This document shows positions 63,012-64,000 of a stretch of DNA of 64,000 bases, piece after piece. A program made the translations under genes and the position numbers. The stretch's first letter is position 1; each line of letters begins with the position of its first letter. Origin of the DNA: Octopus sinensis (lineage: Eukaryota). Location of the stretch: NCBI RefSeq assembly GCF_006345805.1, contig NW_021833017.1:1-64000 (forward strand), in the 5' to 3' direction. A model generated the notes under the pieces. That model was given only the letters and a program-made list of their open reading frames with translations, was not told the DNA's origin and did not search any database.

Positions 63012-64000
63012 CTGTGGACAGAAAATGAACATTTTTGTAAGGCCAAGGAAGAATGTTTCATTCCAAAATATCAGCCAAAACTGATCAACAAATAATACCA
63101 CAACCACCAGAAATACCATCTCAACAATCCACAGAAAGACACCAACCTGGGCACCACCATTTGATTTTACGACACATTTTTTACTTCAATAACATTTTTT
63201 TACAACTTGACATTCGATGCTTGAGAGAATCTGACAATGCTGCCTTCTCTGGAAGCGATGAGAGTAAGAGATCTAATCCGGTTTTTATGTGATACTTACA
63301 TCCACCTTTCTGTACAATCTTATGTTTGCATACGTGTGGAAATATCTATGTGTGTGCAGGTATGTATATTTACACAAAAATATACGGATATAAGTCTGTA
63401 TGGATGTACACTCTCTTATGTGTGAACACATGTGTGTGTGTGTCTTTATGTGTGCATATGGATATTTATGCATATGTATACACATAGAAACATGTAGGTA
63501 TATGTGTGTGGGTGTGGATGTATGTATACATGTGTGTGTAAATGTGGATGAGTGTGTGTGATTAAATAAAGTCACACCAACTGTGGAAAAGGAATAAAAT
63601 GACCTCAAACCAAAATATTCACAAAGGTCATCTTTTAACTCAGTGTTTTTGACCACTCCTAAAACTGTTCCATTTCTTTATACCTGATTGACCTCTTCTC
63701 ATCACCATTTTCAAAGACCTTTTGTCTTCTTATCTTTCATCGTTTTCCTTTTCATTTTTTCTTCTTTTTTCACACATGCCTTTGTATTTACTTTTTGTAT
63801 TCTTTTATTATTTTTTTATATATTTTATTTTATTTTTTTCTATCTTTTATTTTCTATTTGTATACAGGTAAGAAGATATCTTTTGCTATATAAGCAACCT
63901 TCTAAACCACAGAATTTCAGTTTGAAAATGGCTACCTTCTGCTCTGACATGTTTTTTCTGCTGTTAAGTACAAGCACCGTTTTGTTACTCTGTTGTAGGC

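Noticed and set aside
63285-63760. Upstream TRANK1-like exon near the window end
   Set aside because: No ankyrin/TPR-like translation with compatible splice sites found; ORF runs into microsatellite

Overview
AT-rich, microsatellite- and SINE-dense animal genomic DNA. The repeat families are of the kind typical of Octopus (coleoid cephalopod); that assignment is my recognition, not a database result. Two protein-coding genes face each other tail-to-tail. (1) The last four coding exons of DEK on the + strand (741-7054; DEK-C domain, ending ...KSTVKQIIS*). (2) A TRANK1/LBA1-like giant SF1 (UvrD-type) helicase gene on the - strand: 13 phase-compatible exons from 60642 down to 19995 (6588 nt, about 2196 codons). 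Its 5' exons probably lie beyond the window and its terminal exon is ambiguous. Introns and intergenic DNA hold many decayed transposons: mariners (one full-length), a pogo-like element, a 3'-truncated Gypsy-like LTR element, RTE and R4/Dong-like LINE pieces, a Lep1-like Helitron derivative, MITEs and tRNA-derived SINEs. Most interesting: (a) a 254-bp inverted repeat in a TRANK1 intron whose arms each carry an intact-looking type I hammerhead ribozyme, one in the sense of the host pre-mRNA; (b) a RelE/ParE toxin-like segment just upstream of the intact helicase core of the TRANK1-like protein; (c) a GC-AG intron; (d) several near-perfect intronic fold-backs. Exon boundaries were read by hand; TE boundaries are approximate unless TIRs/TSDs are quoted.
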